Shown here: one piece after another, positions 45,763-55,573 of the stretch
Numbering within the stretch: the first letter of the stretch is position 1
Layout: the number at the start of each line of letters is the position of its first letter
DNA from: an uncultured Planctomycetaceae bacterium
Lineage (GTDB): Bacteria; Planctomycetota; Phycisphaerae; UBA1845; UTPLA1
Length of the DNA stretch: 64,000 nt
Assembly (NCBI GenBank): GCA_964549445.1
Contig: CAZJVS010000001.1
Span: forward strand, 5,372-69,371
Reading direction: 5' to 3'
The notes under the pieces: generated by a model
Database searches by the model: none
What the model was told of the DNA's origin: nothing
The model's input: the letters and a program-made list of their open reading frames with translations, nothing else
Translations under genes and position numbers: made by a program

Positions 45763-47670
45763 TTACTCGTCGTCACCGGGATCGGCGGGCTTCTTGGTTG
45801 CCGGCTTCTTGTCGGCCGGCTTCTCCTTTGCACCGGATGCCGGGGCGTCGCCCTCTTCCTCCTCTTCTTCGCCGGCCTGGGCGGCAAGCACCGAATCCTT
45901 CACGGATGTAATGAGCTCCATCGGAACGAAGATGTCGAGCCGGCTGGAACTGGAATCCACGGTCGTCGAAGCACCCAGGGGCGCATTGACCTTGCCAAGC
46001 TTGAACGGAACGCCTTCCTCTTCGCCAACGGCGGTCATGATGCGCTGGACTCCGTCGACAATGGAGTCGACAGCGAGATAAAACTCGCCGGTCTTCGACG
46101 AGGGGAGATGCTTGCCGACGCGGACGATTCCGGCGTCATCATTCAGGCCGCCCGACTTGCTTTCGGCGGTCTTGATCAGCTTCTCGCAACAGGCCTTTCC
46201 GCCGCCGAGCGAGAGGACGATGTGGTTCTTCCCTGCCGGAGCGAAACGGAGCGTCAGGCCATCCTTGCCGACGATCTTGCTAATCGCTTCGGCGTCTTCC
46301 GGTTCAACCTGATCGCTCAGCTTCTTGAGGTCTACAACGAGCGTGTCGACCTTGGCGCCGGCGATGGTCTCGGCGGCCGCCTTGTGCTCGACCGCCGCGG
46401 CGACTTTCTTGAACTCTTCGTCCTCGGAGAGGCCCTTGGCCAGCGTGACCATCTTTCCGAATCGCTTCATCGCGTCATCGGTGTCTTTGCACTCCATGAC
46501 AAGAGACGCGTTAACAATGCCGTCTGCGCCATCCGGCAGAACATTGATCGACATCGACGTCTGTCCGAAGAGCTTGCCGGTAGCGACGGCCTCCGCGACA
46601 TATTCCTTGAGCTTGGCCTGGTCGATTTTTTCCTGCATCCCCAACTGCGCCAGGACCTGCTGAATGGCCTCCTGGGCCTGCTTTTCGTCGACCTTGGCGG
46701 GATCCTGGGCGAGCATGCCGAACGTAAAGGCAAACTTGTCGAGCGGCAGGCGATTCAGAAACGATTCGGTCTGCGGCTTGCGGGCCTTGAGCGTGCCGGC
46801 GAGGTCGCTGCCGGCCTGCGGCGTGCCGAGCCCGACGAGGCCGACACCCGACTGTTCGACCATGAGGCAAATGTCGGCCGATTCGACCTGGCCGAGCATC
46901 GTGATCAATTCGCTGATGCCCTGGGACGCCTGTGCGCCCTGCGGTCCTGCCGCCATGGCCATCATGGACGTGATGTTCTTGATCTGATCGTCGAACTGCT
47001 TCATCCAGGAAGCAGCGGCGAATGAGACGATCAGGTCGGCCTTGGCGAAGGTGTCGAGCCGCTGCTTCTGGATGGAATCGGCCAGACTCTTCTTCGATTT
47101 GGCGACGGCGAGACATGCGTCCTTGCCGGTTCCGATGATGACGAATGAGCCGCGCTTGGTTGCGAAAACAGGCATCCCCATCATGCCGGCTCGAACGACG
47201 CCGTCGTCGGCACCTGCATCGGGCTTTGCGGCTTTGTCGCCGCCGCCCTCGGGGGCTCCATCTTCAGCACCGGGGGCCGCGGCCGCCAACTTCTTCAGCA
47301 TGGCGTCCGCGTCATTGGCGGGCATGAGGAGTACGAGACTGTTCGTCGGATTCGTCTGTGCGTGCTTCTTGTAGTCGAGGGATACGATCGCCAGACCGCC
47401 CTTACCGTTGAGTTCTTCGGTGAGGCCGAGCTGGCCGGCGCCGGCCTGGACGATCGGCGGGATGTTGACGCCGAGCTGCTTGTTGAGCATGGCGATCTTG
47501 GCGTCGAGGTTTTCGAGACTGGGAATGGCCAGGAAACCCCAGGCGTCAGCCGGAATGGCTTCCATCAGCGCCTTCTGGGATGCGGCGCGGTCGGCAAGCA
47601 CGCTCGGTGTCGAGGCAGCGAGCAGGAAGACGATAGACGCGGCGACCGCATAGACACTCAGACGATTCAT
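45763..47670 (-). CDS. Secreted protein of unknown family (635 aa) with an acidic/lysine-rich tail
   Basis: I chose ATG 47670 within track ORF 45763..47772, with an AAGGAG SD upstream. It has a signal peptide (MNRLSVYAVAASIVFLLAASTPSVLA). The tail is GEEEEEEGDAPASGAKEKPADKKPATKKPADPGDDE. Confidence 0.75.
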   Translation of the reverse strand: MNRLSVYAVAASIVFLLAASTPSVLADRAASQKALMEAIPADAWGFLAIPSLENLDAKIAMLNKQLGVNIPPIVQAGAGQLGLTEELNGKGGLAIVSLDYKKHAQTNPTNSLVLLMPANDADAMLKKLAAAAPGAEDGAPEGGGDKAAKPDAGADDGVVRAGMMGMPVFATKRGSFVIIGTGKDACLAVAKSKKSLADSIQKQRLDTFAKADLIVSFAAASWMKQFDDQIKNITSMMAMAAGPQGAQASQGISELITMLGQVESADICLMVEQSGVGLVGLGTPQAGSDLAGTLKARKPQTESFLNRLPLDKFAFTFGMLAQDPAKVDEKQAQEAIQQVLAQLGMQEKIDQAKLKEYVAEAVATGKLFGQTSMSINVLPDGADGIVNASLVMECKDTDDAMKRFGKMVTLAKGLSEDEEFKKVAAAVEHKAAAETIAGAKVDTLVVDLKKLSDQVEPEDAEAISKIVGKDGLTLRFAPAGKNHIVLSLGGGKACCEKLIKTAESKSGGLNDDAGIVRVGKHLPSSKTGEFYLAVDSIVDGVQRIMTAVGEEEGVPFKLGKVNAPLGASTTVDSSSSRLDIFVPMELITSVKDSVLAAQAGEEEEEEGDAPASGAKEKPADKKPATKKPADPGDDE

Positions 47671-47768
47671 TGCAAAGCTCCTTAGTTCAGGGGATACGCC
47701 GGCTGCTGCCGGAGACTCCGGCGACTTATAGGTCCTTTTGATTAATGCGTCAAGAATGGCGAGACGGC

Positions 47769-49637
47769 TCAACGGGAACCCCGCCGCTCGATCTTTATCT
47801 TGGTCTGCTTGATGCGGGTTGATTGTGCATCGTCGGTGGCGGCGAGCTTTTGCGACATGCGTTGTACAAGCGGGACGCTGCGCACCACGTCCTTCTCGGT
47901 CATAACGAGTTCACCGCGAATCCAAGTGGGGCCGGTGACGAGCGCCCAACCGATCAGGGGGCCTTGCGGGTGCGGTTTCTGGTGCCCGGCCGCGTCCTTC
48001 GAACCGGATTCCGCCGCGGGGGAGTCGGTTTGGGCTGGCTTGTCCGCGTTCGACTTCGTGGTCGAGACCTGGATATCGATCTGCGAATCGAGGGATGCGA
48101 GATACGGCGCGAATCGTGTCACCCGATCGACGTCTGCAATCGCGACTAGACATGCGTGTTCCGGCAGGGACGCGAGCATCTCGGTGACGCCGGGCGCCGC
48201 GGCGAATGCGGGGATCCTACCGTGCGCAGCGCGGGCGAGTCGAACGATGTCGTTGGGATCCGGCGAGACGGAATAGCCCACGATGTGATCGTTAATCGCG
48301 GCCAGCTCGTAGGCGGCATTCGGTCCATAAAGAGCGTCGACCATTGCGCGCTCGCGGGGTGGGAGCTTGCGGGCGGCAAAGGACATCGCCGAAATGTCGA
48401 GGCCGTCACGCTTGGTTTCGGAGAAATCGCCATCGCAGGCCCACGTCGGCGCGAACGATGACATCAACTGATTGGATTCCAAACTGATCTCGCGGATGAG
48501 ACGCATTCCTTCGGCGGCGTCGGGGAAGCGCGATGTGCCGCTGAGCCGCAAATGACGGTCCGGCGTCAGGTCGAAGACGGCGGCGGATGTCTCGAGTTTC
48601 TGATAGTAAGACTCGCATGCGCGGACGAACTTGTCGCTGGCAGATTTGTCAGTGTCCGTACACAGACCCGGAATGGCGGCGATCTTCTTCATGAAGTCTG
48701 CCATGATCGATGCATCGTCGGAATTTGACCAATTCCACGCAAACGCGGCCAAGAACGGACGACGGTTGAGGCCCATCCATGGATCGACGTCGGCCATCTT
48801 GAGGCGACCGAGATACTGTGCGACACGGCTCTTGGGCTTGAACGAGTGGAAATGTGTAAAGCGCGCGCCGCGGTCGTCCAGTGTGAAGGCGAGTGCGGTG
48901 GACTCCATGTCGGCCGCAACTCGGCCAAGTCCGTTCGCGAGCCATTCAAGGACGACGGAATGAACCTGGCCATCCGGCGAATCGGATGCCATTGAGGCGC
49001 TGGTTCCGATCAGCCGCATGATTCCGAGAGCTTGTGTGACCTTGCCCTGCCACTCACCCATCGAGAGATGCAAGAAGGTGTCGGACTTTTCGTAGACCGC
49101 ACGTTCCTGATCCCCGAGGGCATTAAGCAGATTGCCCTGCTCGGCGCTGCGGAGGACTCGGCGAACCGACAGCGCACGCGGACCGACCACGGCCCAGCCA
49201 TTGTGAATGGCCACAAAGCGTGGCTTGGCGCCATTGAGGGTTATCTTTGCGACGGGAGCCGCACTCGAAGCGTCAGCGGTGACCGTGAACTTTGCGAGCT
49301 CCATCGGCTGAAAGACGATCACCGGCGGTTCGTACACGTCGTCGGCGGATTGAATGACGATCGCGACGGGCTTTCGACCGCTGATTGTGCCGGCCGGCAA
49401 GCCCAGTTCGTTGAACATGCGGTCGACGGTCATGGGCTGCGAATCGGGCTTGATCTTGCGCACCAAGCTCGTGAGACGGCCCGAGAGGGCGTCTGGATCG
49501 CGAACGACGATAACAAGTGCTGCCCTGGCAGGGACGTTTTCAAGAAGTTCGGCACGAGCGGCGGCCACCCATGCAGCAGACATCAAGACGGTAAGAATCA
49601 CAGTCGGCAGTTTGTGCCTAAGTGTGGCGTTCAGCAT
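47769..49637 (-). CDS. Secreted protein of unknown family (622 aa)
   Basis: ATG start with a signal peptide (LPTVILTVLMSAAWVAAARA). The composition is protein-like. It lies between the opp operon and the 635-aa secreted protein. Confidence 0.75.
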   Translation of the reverse strand: MLNATLRHKLPTVILTVLMSAAWVAAARAELLENVPARAALVIVVRDPDALSGRLTSLVRKIKPDSQPMTVDRMFNELGLPAGTISGRKPVAIVIQSADDVYEPPVIVFQPMELAKFTVTADASSAAPVAKITLNGAKPRFVAIHNGWAVVGPRALSVRRVLRSAEQGNLLNALGDQERAVYEKSDTFLHLSMGEWQGKVTQALGIMRLIGTSASMASDSPDGQVHSVVLEWLANGLGRVAADMESTALAFTLDDRGARFTHFHSFKPKSRVAQYLGRLKMADVDPWMGLNRRPFLAAFAWNWSNSDDASIMADFMKKIAAIPGLCTDTDKSASDKFVRACESYYQKLETSAAVFDLTPDRHLRLSGTSRFPDAAEGMRLIREISLESNQLMSSFAPTWACDGDFSETKRDGLDISAMSFAARKLPPRERAMVDALYGPNAAYELAAINDHIVGYSVSPDPNDIVRLARAAHGRIPAFAAAPGVTEMLASLPEHACLVAIADVDRVTRFAPYLASLDSQIDIQVSTTKSNADKPAQTDSPAAESGSKDAAGHQKPHPQGPLIGWALVTGPTWIRGELVMTEKDVVRSVPLVQRMSQKLAATDDAQSTRIKQTKIKIERRGSR

Positions 49638-49743
49638 GATTTAAATGGCCGATCCGGACGCGGAAATTGTACACGGCCGCTGCGAGGTACGAGCCGTGGA
49701 AAGCCAGCGATAACAAGTGGTTAACGGCTTATTTCGACTCCCT

Positions 49744-50769
49744 TCACGCCGGGGCTGAACGTGACCCCGGGCCTGCAATTGCGACACGATCTGAGAAGTG
49801 ACATGCCGACAACTGATTTGACCGAACTCCGGGTCGAATTTCAAGTCGTGGATCATCAATCCTACAGCGGCCCTCGGCGAGTGGACAACGCGGATGGAAC
49901 CGGCAACCGGGCGGGGGGCTAGCGGGAGAAGGGGGCTCTCCGCGGAGGACTCGCAGCGGTAGATGTCGAGCCCTCGGGTCGATTGGCGGAACACTTGCGA
50001 GGAGCGCTGCCGTGTAAGGATGACGCGGATTCTCGAATACGGCTTCGGTCGGTCCAGACTCGACGATGCGGCCGAGATACATAACCGCGACTTCGTCCGC
50101 AATTTGTCGGACGACGGCGAAGTTGTGGGTGATAAAGAGGTAGGTCAGGCCGGCCGAGCGTGAAAGGTCCAAAAGGAGATTGATGATCTGGCTCTGAACG
50201 GACACATCGAGCGCGGACACCGGTTCGTCGCAGATGATGAGCCGGGGTGATGTGGCGAGCGCGCGAGCGATCGCGATCCGCTGTCGCTGACCACCGGAGA
50301 ATTGCCTCGGATAGCGGTGCGCGTGCTCGGGCTGAAGACCGACGCTTTGGAGGAGCTCGATGACGCGCAGAGTCACGGCTTGACCGGAAACGATCCCGTG
50401 AACGCGAATCGGTTCGGCCACGATCTCCCCGACTGTCATCTGAGGATCGAGACTGCCAAAGGGATCCTGGAAGATGACCTGAAGGTGCCGTCGAGCGCGA
50501 CGCATGTCGGCGGCGTTGAGCGCGAGGAGGTCATGACCGTCAAATCGAACCTGACCGGACGCGGCTGGGACGAGGCGGAGGAGGGCCCGCGCCAGCGTGG
50601 ACTTTCCGCTACCGCTTTCTCCGACCAGCCCGAGCGTGCGTCCACGTCGCATCGTGAACGAAATACCGTCGACGGCGCGAACGGTCGGCAGACGCCGAAA
50701 CAAGGCGTGGCTGCGCTGCCCGAACGATACACGGAGATCACGAACGTCGAGAAGCGCATCATCGGTCAT
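49744..50769 (-). CDS. Oligopeptide/dipeptide ABC transporter ATP-binding protein (OppF/DppF-like)
   Basis: Walker A GESGSGKST, signature FSGGQRQR, Walker B LIICDEPVSALD, and a C-terminal Cys-containing oligopeptide-ABC extension (GCRFHPRCP). Its start overlaps the upstream gene stop in an ATGA. Confidence 0.9.
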   Translation of the reverse strand: MTDDALLDVRDLRVSFGQRSHALFRRLPTVRAVDGISFTMRRGRTLGLVGESGSGKSTLARALLRLVPAASGQVRFDGHDLLALNAADMRRARRHLQVIFQDPFGSLDPQMTVGEIVAEPIRVHGIVSGQAVTLRVIELLQSVGLQPEHAHRYPRQFSGGQRQRIAIARALATSPRLIICDEPVSALDVSVQSQIINLLLDLSRSAGLTYLFITHNFAVVRQIADEVAVMYLGRIVESGPTEAVFENPRHPYTAALLASVPPIDPRARHLPLRVLRGEPPSPASPPPGCRFHPRCPLAEGRCRIDDPRLEIRPGVRSNQLSACHFSDRVAIAGPGSRSAPA

Positions 50770-51743
50770 GCGTCAATCTTCCAACAGCGGGCGACGCGAT
50801 TACGAGCATACTCCTGCGAGGGTGGATCCTTCTCGTTGCATTGGGCATCGGTACTGCCGAGGTCGCAGCGCGGATGAAAGCGACAGCCGGATGGCCAGGA
50901 GCCCGGGGCCGGAACCGTACCGGGTACCACGGCAAGCCGGTTTAGGCGCGGGCTATGGGGTGGGACACAGGCCAACAGGCCGCGGCTGTAGGGGTGAAAA
51001 GGTCTCGCAAAAAAGTCGGGCGCAGGCGCTTTTTCGACGACGCGACCAGCGTACATGACGGCGACGTCGTCGGCCATCTGGGCAACGACGCCAAGGTCGT
51101 GCGTGATGAGGAGGAGGGCGGTTCCTATCTCTGATTGCAATTCGCGGAGCAGTTGAAGGACCTGCGCCTGGATCGTGACGTCAAGAGCCGTGGTCGGCTC
51201 GTCGGCGATGAGTAGATCGGGCTTGGCAGCGAGAGCCATCGCAATCATGACGCGCTGGCGCATGCCGCCGGACATTTCGTGCGGATACTGGGCTAGTCGC
51301 TGCCGCGCGTCAGGGATGCCGACATGTGACATCGCATCAGCGGCCGCGTCGAGCGCCGCGCGGTGAGCGAGACCAGCCCCGATCTCGAAGGCTTCGGAGA
51401 CCTGGTCGCCGATCGACATGAGCGGATTCAGGGCCGTCATCGGCTCCTGAAAGATCATCGCGATTCGGCGACCTCGCAGTGCGCGGACCTGCTCCTCGGA
51501 TGCGGTGATCAGGTCCGTGCCGGCGGCGACGGCCCGCCCGTTGGTGACGCGAAGGTCGCGCGGAAGCAGGCGCGTGACAGCGAGCGCCGTGAGACTTTTC
51601 CCACAGCCGCTCTCTCCGACAAGTGCGAGGGTTCGACCGCGATGAAGTTCGAAGGAGACTTCATCTACGAGTCGGATCGGCGAGATGGTCGCGCTGGCTT
51701 CGACGCACAGGTCCTGTAGCGAAAGCACCGGTTCGTCGGTCAT
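50766..51743 (-). CDS. Oligopeptide/dipeptide ABC transporter ATP-binding protein (OppD/DppD-like)
   Basis: I chose ATG 51743 within track ORF 50766..52055; it overlaps the permease stop in an ATGA. Motifs are Walker A GESGCGKS, signature MSGGMRQR, Walker [13 protein letters not shown] and GCRFHPRC. Confidence 0.9.
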   Translation of the reverse strand: MTDEPVLSLQDLCVEASATISPIRLVDEVSFELHRGRTLALVGESGCGKSLTALAVTRLLPRDLRVTNGRAVAAGTDLITASEEQVRALRGRRIAMIFQEPMTALNPLMSIGDQVSEAFEIGAGLAHRAALDAAADAMSHVGIPDARQRLAQYPHEMSGGMRQRVMIAMALAAKPDLLIADEPTTALDVTIQAQVLQLLRELQSEIGTALLLITHDLGVVAQMADDVAVMYAGRVVEKAPAPDFFARPFHPYSRGLLACVPPHSPRLNRLAVVPGTVPAPGSWPSGCRFHPRCDLGSTDAQCNEKDPPSQEYARNRVARCWKIDA

Positions 51744-52630
51744 GAGACAGCCGCAACGTCTGACCGTCTGCCGCGCTGTTCGATGGCGCGCTGCAACTCG
51801 CCTCCAACGATGTTGAGGGCGAGGAGTGTGATGGTCAGCAAGGAGCACGGGAATACCAGGAGCCACCAGAAGCTCTCGACTGTGTTTATGGCGGAGACCC
51901 CCTCGCTTGCAAGGTTTCCCCAGCTCGGCAGCGGGGGCTGAATTCCGATGCCGAGGAAGCTCAGGAACGCCTCCTGCAGGATTGCCTGCGGAATCGTGAG
52001 CATTGCATAGACGACGATTGGACCGGCGAGGTTTGGAAGGAGGTGGGTCCTCCAAATCTCGAACGGCGTCAGGCCGATTGCGCGGGCCGCCTCGATGAAA
52101 GCCTGCGCACGAAGGGCGAGGACTTGTCCGCGGACAATTCGGGCCATCGTGAGCCAGCTCACGCCACCGATCGCGAGGAGCAGAACAACGACCTCCGTGG
52201 CGGCAGCCGAAAGCCCGAGTCGACGACGAAGCAGGCCATCGAGCCCGATTTTGAGCAGAATGACCAGCAAGAGATAGGGCAAGCCATAGAGGACATCGAC
52301 GATTCGCATGAGCACGGAGTCGACTCGGCCGCCGATCATCCCAGCAACGGAGCCCCAGACGACGCCAAGCAGCATGCTGAAGGCGGCGGCGGAGCAGCCG
52401 ACGGTGATGCTGATGGCGCCGCCCAGCAGGCAGCGCGGGAGGAGCGATCGACCGAGCAGATCGGCCCCGAACGGAAAGGCGAGCGATGGAGGGTGACGCG
52501 CCGCGGGGAGGTCGGTGAGACCGTAGCGCGGCGCGGCCCAGAGCGAGCCGATCGCGCAGGCGGCGACAATGACCGCCAGCACGATCGCGGCAACACGCGG
52601 AAGCGGCCCATGGCTTCGCTCGCGGATCAT
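51740..52630 (-). CDS. ABC transporter permease (OppC/DppC-like)
   Basis: 296 aa with 6 TM segments and an EAA-type loop (FIEAARAIGLTPFEIWRTHLLPN). Confidence 0.9.
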   Translation of the reverse strand: MIRERSHGPLPRVAAIVLAVIVAACAIGSLWAAPRYGLTDLPAARHPPSLAFPFGADLLGRSLLPRCLLGGAISITVGCSAAAFSMLLGVVWGSVAGMIGGRVDSVLMRIVDVLYGLPYLLLVILLKIGLDGLLRRRLGLSAAATEVVVLLLAIGGVSWLTMARIVRGQVLALRAQAFIEAARAIGLTPFEIWRTHLLPNLAGPIVVYAMLTIPQAILQEAFLSFLGIGIQPPLPSWGNLASEGVSAINTVESFWWLLVFPCSLLTITLLALNIVGGELQRAIEQRGRRSDVAAVS

Positions 52631-53580
52631 GCGACGTCGCCGATACGAGGATCGATCAGGCCGTAGGCGATGTCGACCAGAAGATTCAAGAACACCAGTA
52701 ACGCGGAGTAGACAATCACCGTCGCGAGGATCAGCATCTGGTCGCGGTTGAGAATGCTGTTAACGAAATGGATGCCCAGGCCGGGGACGTTGAACACTCG
52801 TTCGACGACAAATGAGCCCGTCATCGCGGCGGCTGCTGCCGGTCCGAGGTAGCTGAGGACGGGCAGCAGGCCGTTACGAAGGGCGTGGCGCCAGAGAACC
52901 GCGGCTTCGCCGAGGCCCTTGGCTCTTGCTGTACGGATGTAATCGCTTTCGAGGACCTCGCCCATTGACCAACGCGTCAGGCGGAGAATGTACGCCATTG
53001 GAACGAGCGATAGCGTTAACGCCGGACGGAGCAGATCGCCCGGGCTGCCCCAGGTCCCAACGGGCAGAACGGGAATCACAACGCTGAACAGCACGAGCAG
53101 GGCCGCGCCGACGACGAATGCGGGCACGCTGACCGCGAACACCGCGAAGCCGATGGCGAAAGCATCGAACGGGCCGCCGCGACGAACGGCCGCGAGGGTA
53201 CCAAGGCCCACGCCGCCGACCAAGGCAATCAGCATGGCGGCGAGTCCGATTGCGGCCGAGACGGGCAAACTTGCCGCAATGATTTCATTGCACGACCAGT
53301 TCTCATATTGCAGCGATGCGCCGAGATTTCCGCGTAGCATCTGGCCGAGGTAACGCAAATAAAACGTCCAGTTGTCATTCATGCCATAGCGTTGACGGAG
53401 GGCCTGTTCGACGGCCGGAGGAAGCGCACGGGCGCCCTCTCGCTGGAATGGATTTCCGGGGACGGCGACAACCAGAAAAAAGGTGATGGTGTAAATCGTC
53501 AGCAGCACGAGGGGGACTTGCAGGATGCGGGCGAGAATTCGTCGCAACGCATTTCTCTCACTGAGAGGATCGAGCGTCAC
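52627..53580 (-). CDS. ABC transporter permease (OppB/DppB-like)
   Basis: 317 aa with 6 TM segments and an EAA-type loop (YIRTARAKGLGEAAVLWRHALRN). It has a 4-nt overlap with the next gene. Confidence 0.9.
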   Translation of the reverse strand: MTLDPLSERNALRRILARILQVPLVLLTIYTITFFLVVAVPGNPFQREGARALPPAVEQALRQRYGMNDNWTFYLRYLGQMLRGNLGASLQYENWSCNEIIAASLPVSAAIGLAAMLIALVGGVGLGTLAAVRRGGPFDAFAIGFAVFAVSVPAFVVGAALLVLFSVVIPVLPVGTWGSPGDLLRPALTLSLVPMAYILRLTRWSMGEVLESDYIRTARAKGLGEAAVLWRHALRNGLLPVLSYLGPAAAAAMTGSFVVERVFNVPGLGIHFVNSILNRDQMLILATVIVYSALLVFLNLLVDIAYGLIDPRIGDVA

Positions 53581-55360
53581 GGTCGACGCGGATGTCTTTC
53601 AGCAGGGGCAGAAGCCGAGGATTCAGTCGCACGCCTTTCACCACGCGCGGATTGTAAGCATAGATATTGACGTAGTGGAAGAGCGGAAGGATCGGAGCGG
53701 CATCGCGAACGAGGTAGCCCTCGCACGCGGCGAGCGCCGCGAGGCGATCGGCGGGATCGGCGACGGCATCCGCCCGCTTGAGCATTGCGTCATAGGCGGG
53801 ATCGATGAGTGCGGAATCGTTGTTGCCGTTCCCGGATTGAAAGGCATCGAGGAACGAAGTGGGGTCATCGTAATCGCCGTACCAGCTCGCACGGGCAATC
53901 ATATAGCGATGTTGCTTCTTGTCTTCACGATAGGACTGGGCCTCTTTTCCAACGAGGCGGACGCGGACGCCCAGACTCGCGCTGAGCATGGCGTCTACCG
54001 ATTGGGCGATCAGGCCGTGGTTCGACTCGTTGTTGAAGAGGATCGTCACCTCGGGAAATCGCCGACCGTCGGGCCAGCCGGCTTCAGCCAACAAACGCCG
54101 GGCGGCGGCGATGTCGGTCCTAAGCCCATCGACCACGGGGTAACCAATTATCGTTCCGGGCGGTATGAGAGTCGTTGCGGCCGGTTCGTCGCGTCGGGTG
54201 ACGCGCGAGCAAAGGTCGTCGCGACTCACGGCCATGCAAAACGCCCGACGAACGCGCGGGTCGGCAAGCGGATTCGGCGCGCCATCCGGGAGGGTCGAAT
54301 TGCAGTTGAAGTTGTAGAAATAGGTGCCAAACGCCTGAAAGGCATGAATGTCGTCGCGTCGTCCGCCCGATTTGTTTCTCGCACCTGCGATGTTGGACGC
54401 CGATTGGCTGAGCAGTTCGGGTGCGAAGCCGGACTCGAGTGAGAGGAGCCAGTCGACTCGCTGCGTCTCAAACATCAGCCAAGCCGTATCGACGCTGGAC
54501 ACATCGAGCCACTCGACCGTGTTGGTGCGTACGTTTTCCGCGTCGCGGAAATACGGATTCTTGTCGAGCATCAGCCCGCGTTTGAATTGCCACTGCTTCA
54601 GGACGTATGCGCCGTTGTAGCAGGTGTTGCCGGGTTTGCACCATTGCGGTTCGTAGAAAACCAGGCCTGTGTCGCTACGTTGCTCGTAGCGAATCACGCT
54701 CGGGCGGTGCAGCGGCATGAAGACCGGGCATGCCAGCAATTCGTCAAAGTAAGCTACGGGGTGCGTCAGATCGACGCGAAGTGTGGCCGCATCGACGCAA
54801 ACAATGCCGACCGTCTCGGCAAAACGGCGATCCGCCTCGCGCCAATGCTCTTCGGCCGCGGCAGCGCGCGCTGCCGGCGGTAGACGGCCCAGACGATCGA
54901 TTTCACCCTGACGCCATGCGACGTACGCGGCGACGCCGCGAATGTTGTTCAGAAAGAACGCGTAGTCGCGCGCGGTGCCGGGCTCGATCGCGCGGCGCCA
55001 AGCAAAGGCGAAATCGTCACTTCGAACGGGATCGCCGTTGCTCCACCGGGCGTCGCCGCGCAGGCGAAATGTGTAAGTAGTTCGGGAAGGGTCGAGAATG
55101 TCATCACCGGCGACCGCCACGCCTTCACCGGATTCGCGCGTGAGGAGCCCTTCGTAGAGCTGGACCGCGATCCGCATGTCCTGAAGCCAACTCATCTGGG
55201 CGGGGTCCAGTGTTCCAATCGAGACAGCATCGACGACGCGTAAATCGGCCTCGAGCTCCTTAGGAGCAAGCCGGAGGAGTCCATAGATGGCTGCGACTAT
55301 TAGCGCGATGACGGTCAAAGTGCGGAACGGAATTGCTGACTGGCCACCGCGACTAAACAT
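53558..55360 (-). CDS. ABC transporter substrate-binding protein, family 5 (OppA/DppA-like)
   Basis: Track ORF 53558..55486. The start is uncertain (ATG 55360, 55384 or 55429). I chose 55360 because it gives MFSRGGQSAIPFRTLTVIALIVAAIYG, a typical signal or anchor. The size and the ..LDPAQMSW..YEGLL.. pattern are typical of SBP family 5. Confidence 0.8.
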   Translation of the reverse strand: MFSRGGQSAIPFRTLTVIALIVAAIYGLLRLAPKELEADLRVVDAVSIGTLDPAQMSWLQDMRIAVQLYEGLLTRESGEGVAVAGDDILDPSRTTYTFRLRGDARWSNGDPVRSDDFAFAWRRAIEPGTARDYAFFLNNIRGVAAYVAWRQGEIDRLGRLPPAARAAAAEEHWREADRRFAETVGIVCVDAATLRVDLTHPVAYFDELLACPVFMPLHRPSVIRYEQRSDTGLVFYEPQWCKPGNTCYNGAYVLKQWQFKRGLMLDKNPYFRDAENVRTNTVEWLDVSSVDTAWLMFETQRVDWLLSLESGFAPELLSQSASNIAGARNKSGGRRDDIHAFQAFGTYFYNFNCNSTLPDGAPNPLADPRVRRAFCMAVSRDDLCSRVTRRDEPAATTLIPPGTIIGYPVVDGLRTDIAAARRLLAEAGWPDGRRFPEVTILFNNESNHGLIAQSVDAMLSASLGVRVRLVGKEAQSYREDKKQHRYMIARASWYGDYDDPTSFLDAFQSGNGNNDSALIDPAYDAMLKRADAVADPADRLAALAACEGYLVRDAAPILPLFHYVNIYAYNPRVVKGVRLNPRLLPLLKDIRVDRDARSSQ

Positions 55361-55495
55361 CGGGCGGAGGATAACGCAGCACATCAGTTTCGGCGCGAGT
55401 ACACTTCGAAAGACTCGAATGACCGGCATACCCGAGGGCTGCGTTCCTGAGATCTCGATGAGTGCTGAATTGCCGGTGCATTGCATTCGGCATCA

Positions 55496-55524
55496 TTGTT
55501 CCGAGCGATTGATTCGGCTAGAAT
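55496..55524 (+). promoter_or_regulatory. Candidate sigma70-type promoter of the propeller-Ig protein gene
   Basis: TTGTTC (55496-55501), 17 nt, TAGAAT (55519-55524). A GGAG SD at 55561-55564 lies 9 nt before ATG 55574. Confidence 0.35.
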
Positions 55525-55573
55525 CAGAGCAGAATTCGGTGTTTTCAGGCACACTTTTGCGGAGTCAACTGCC

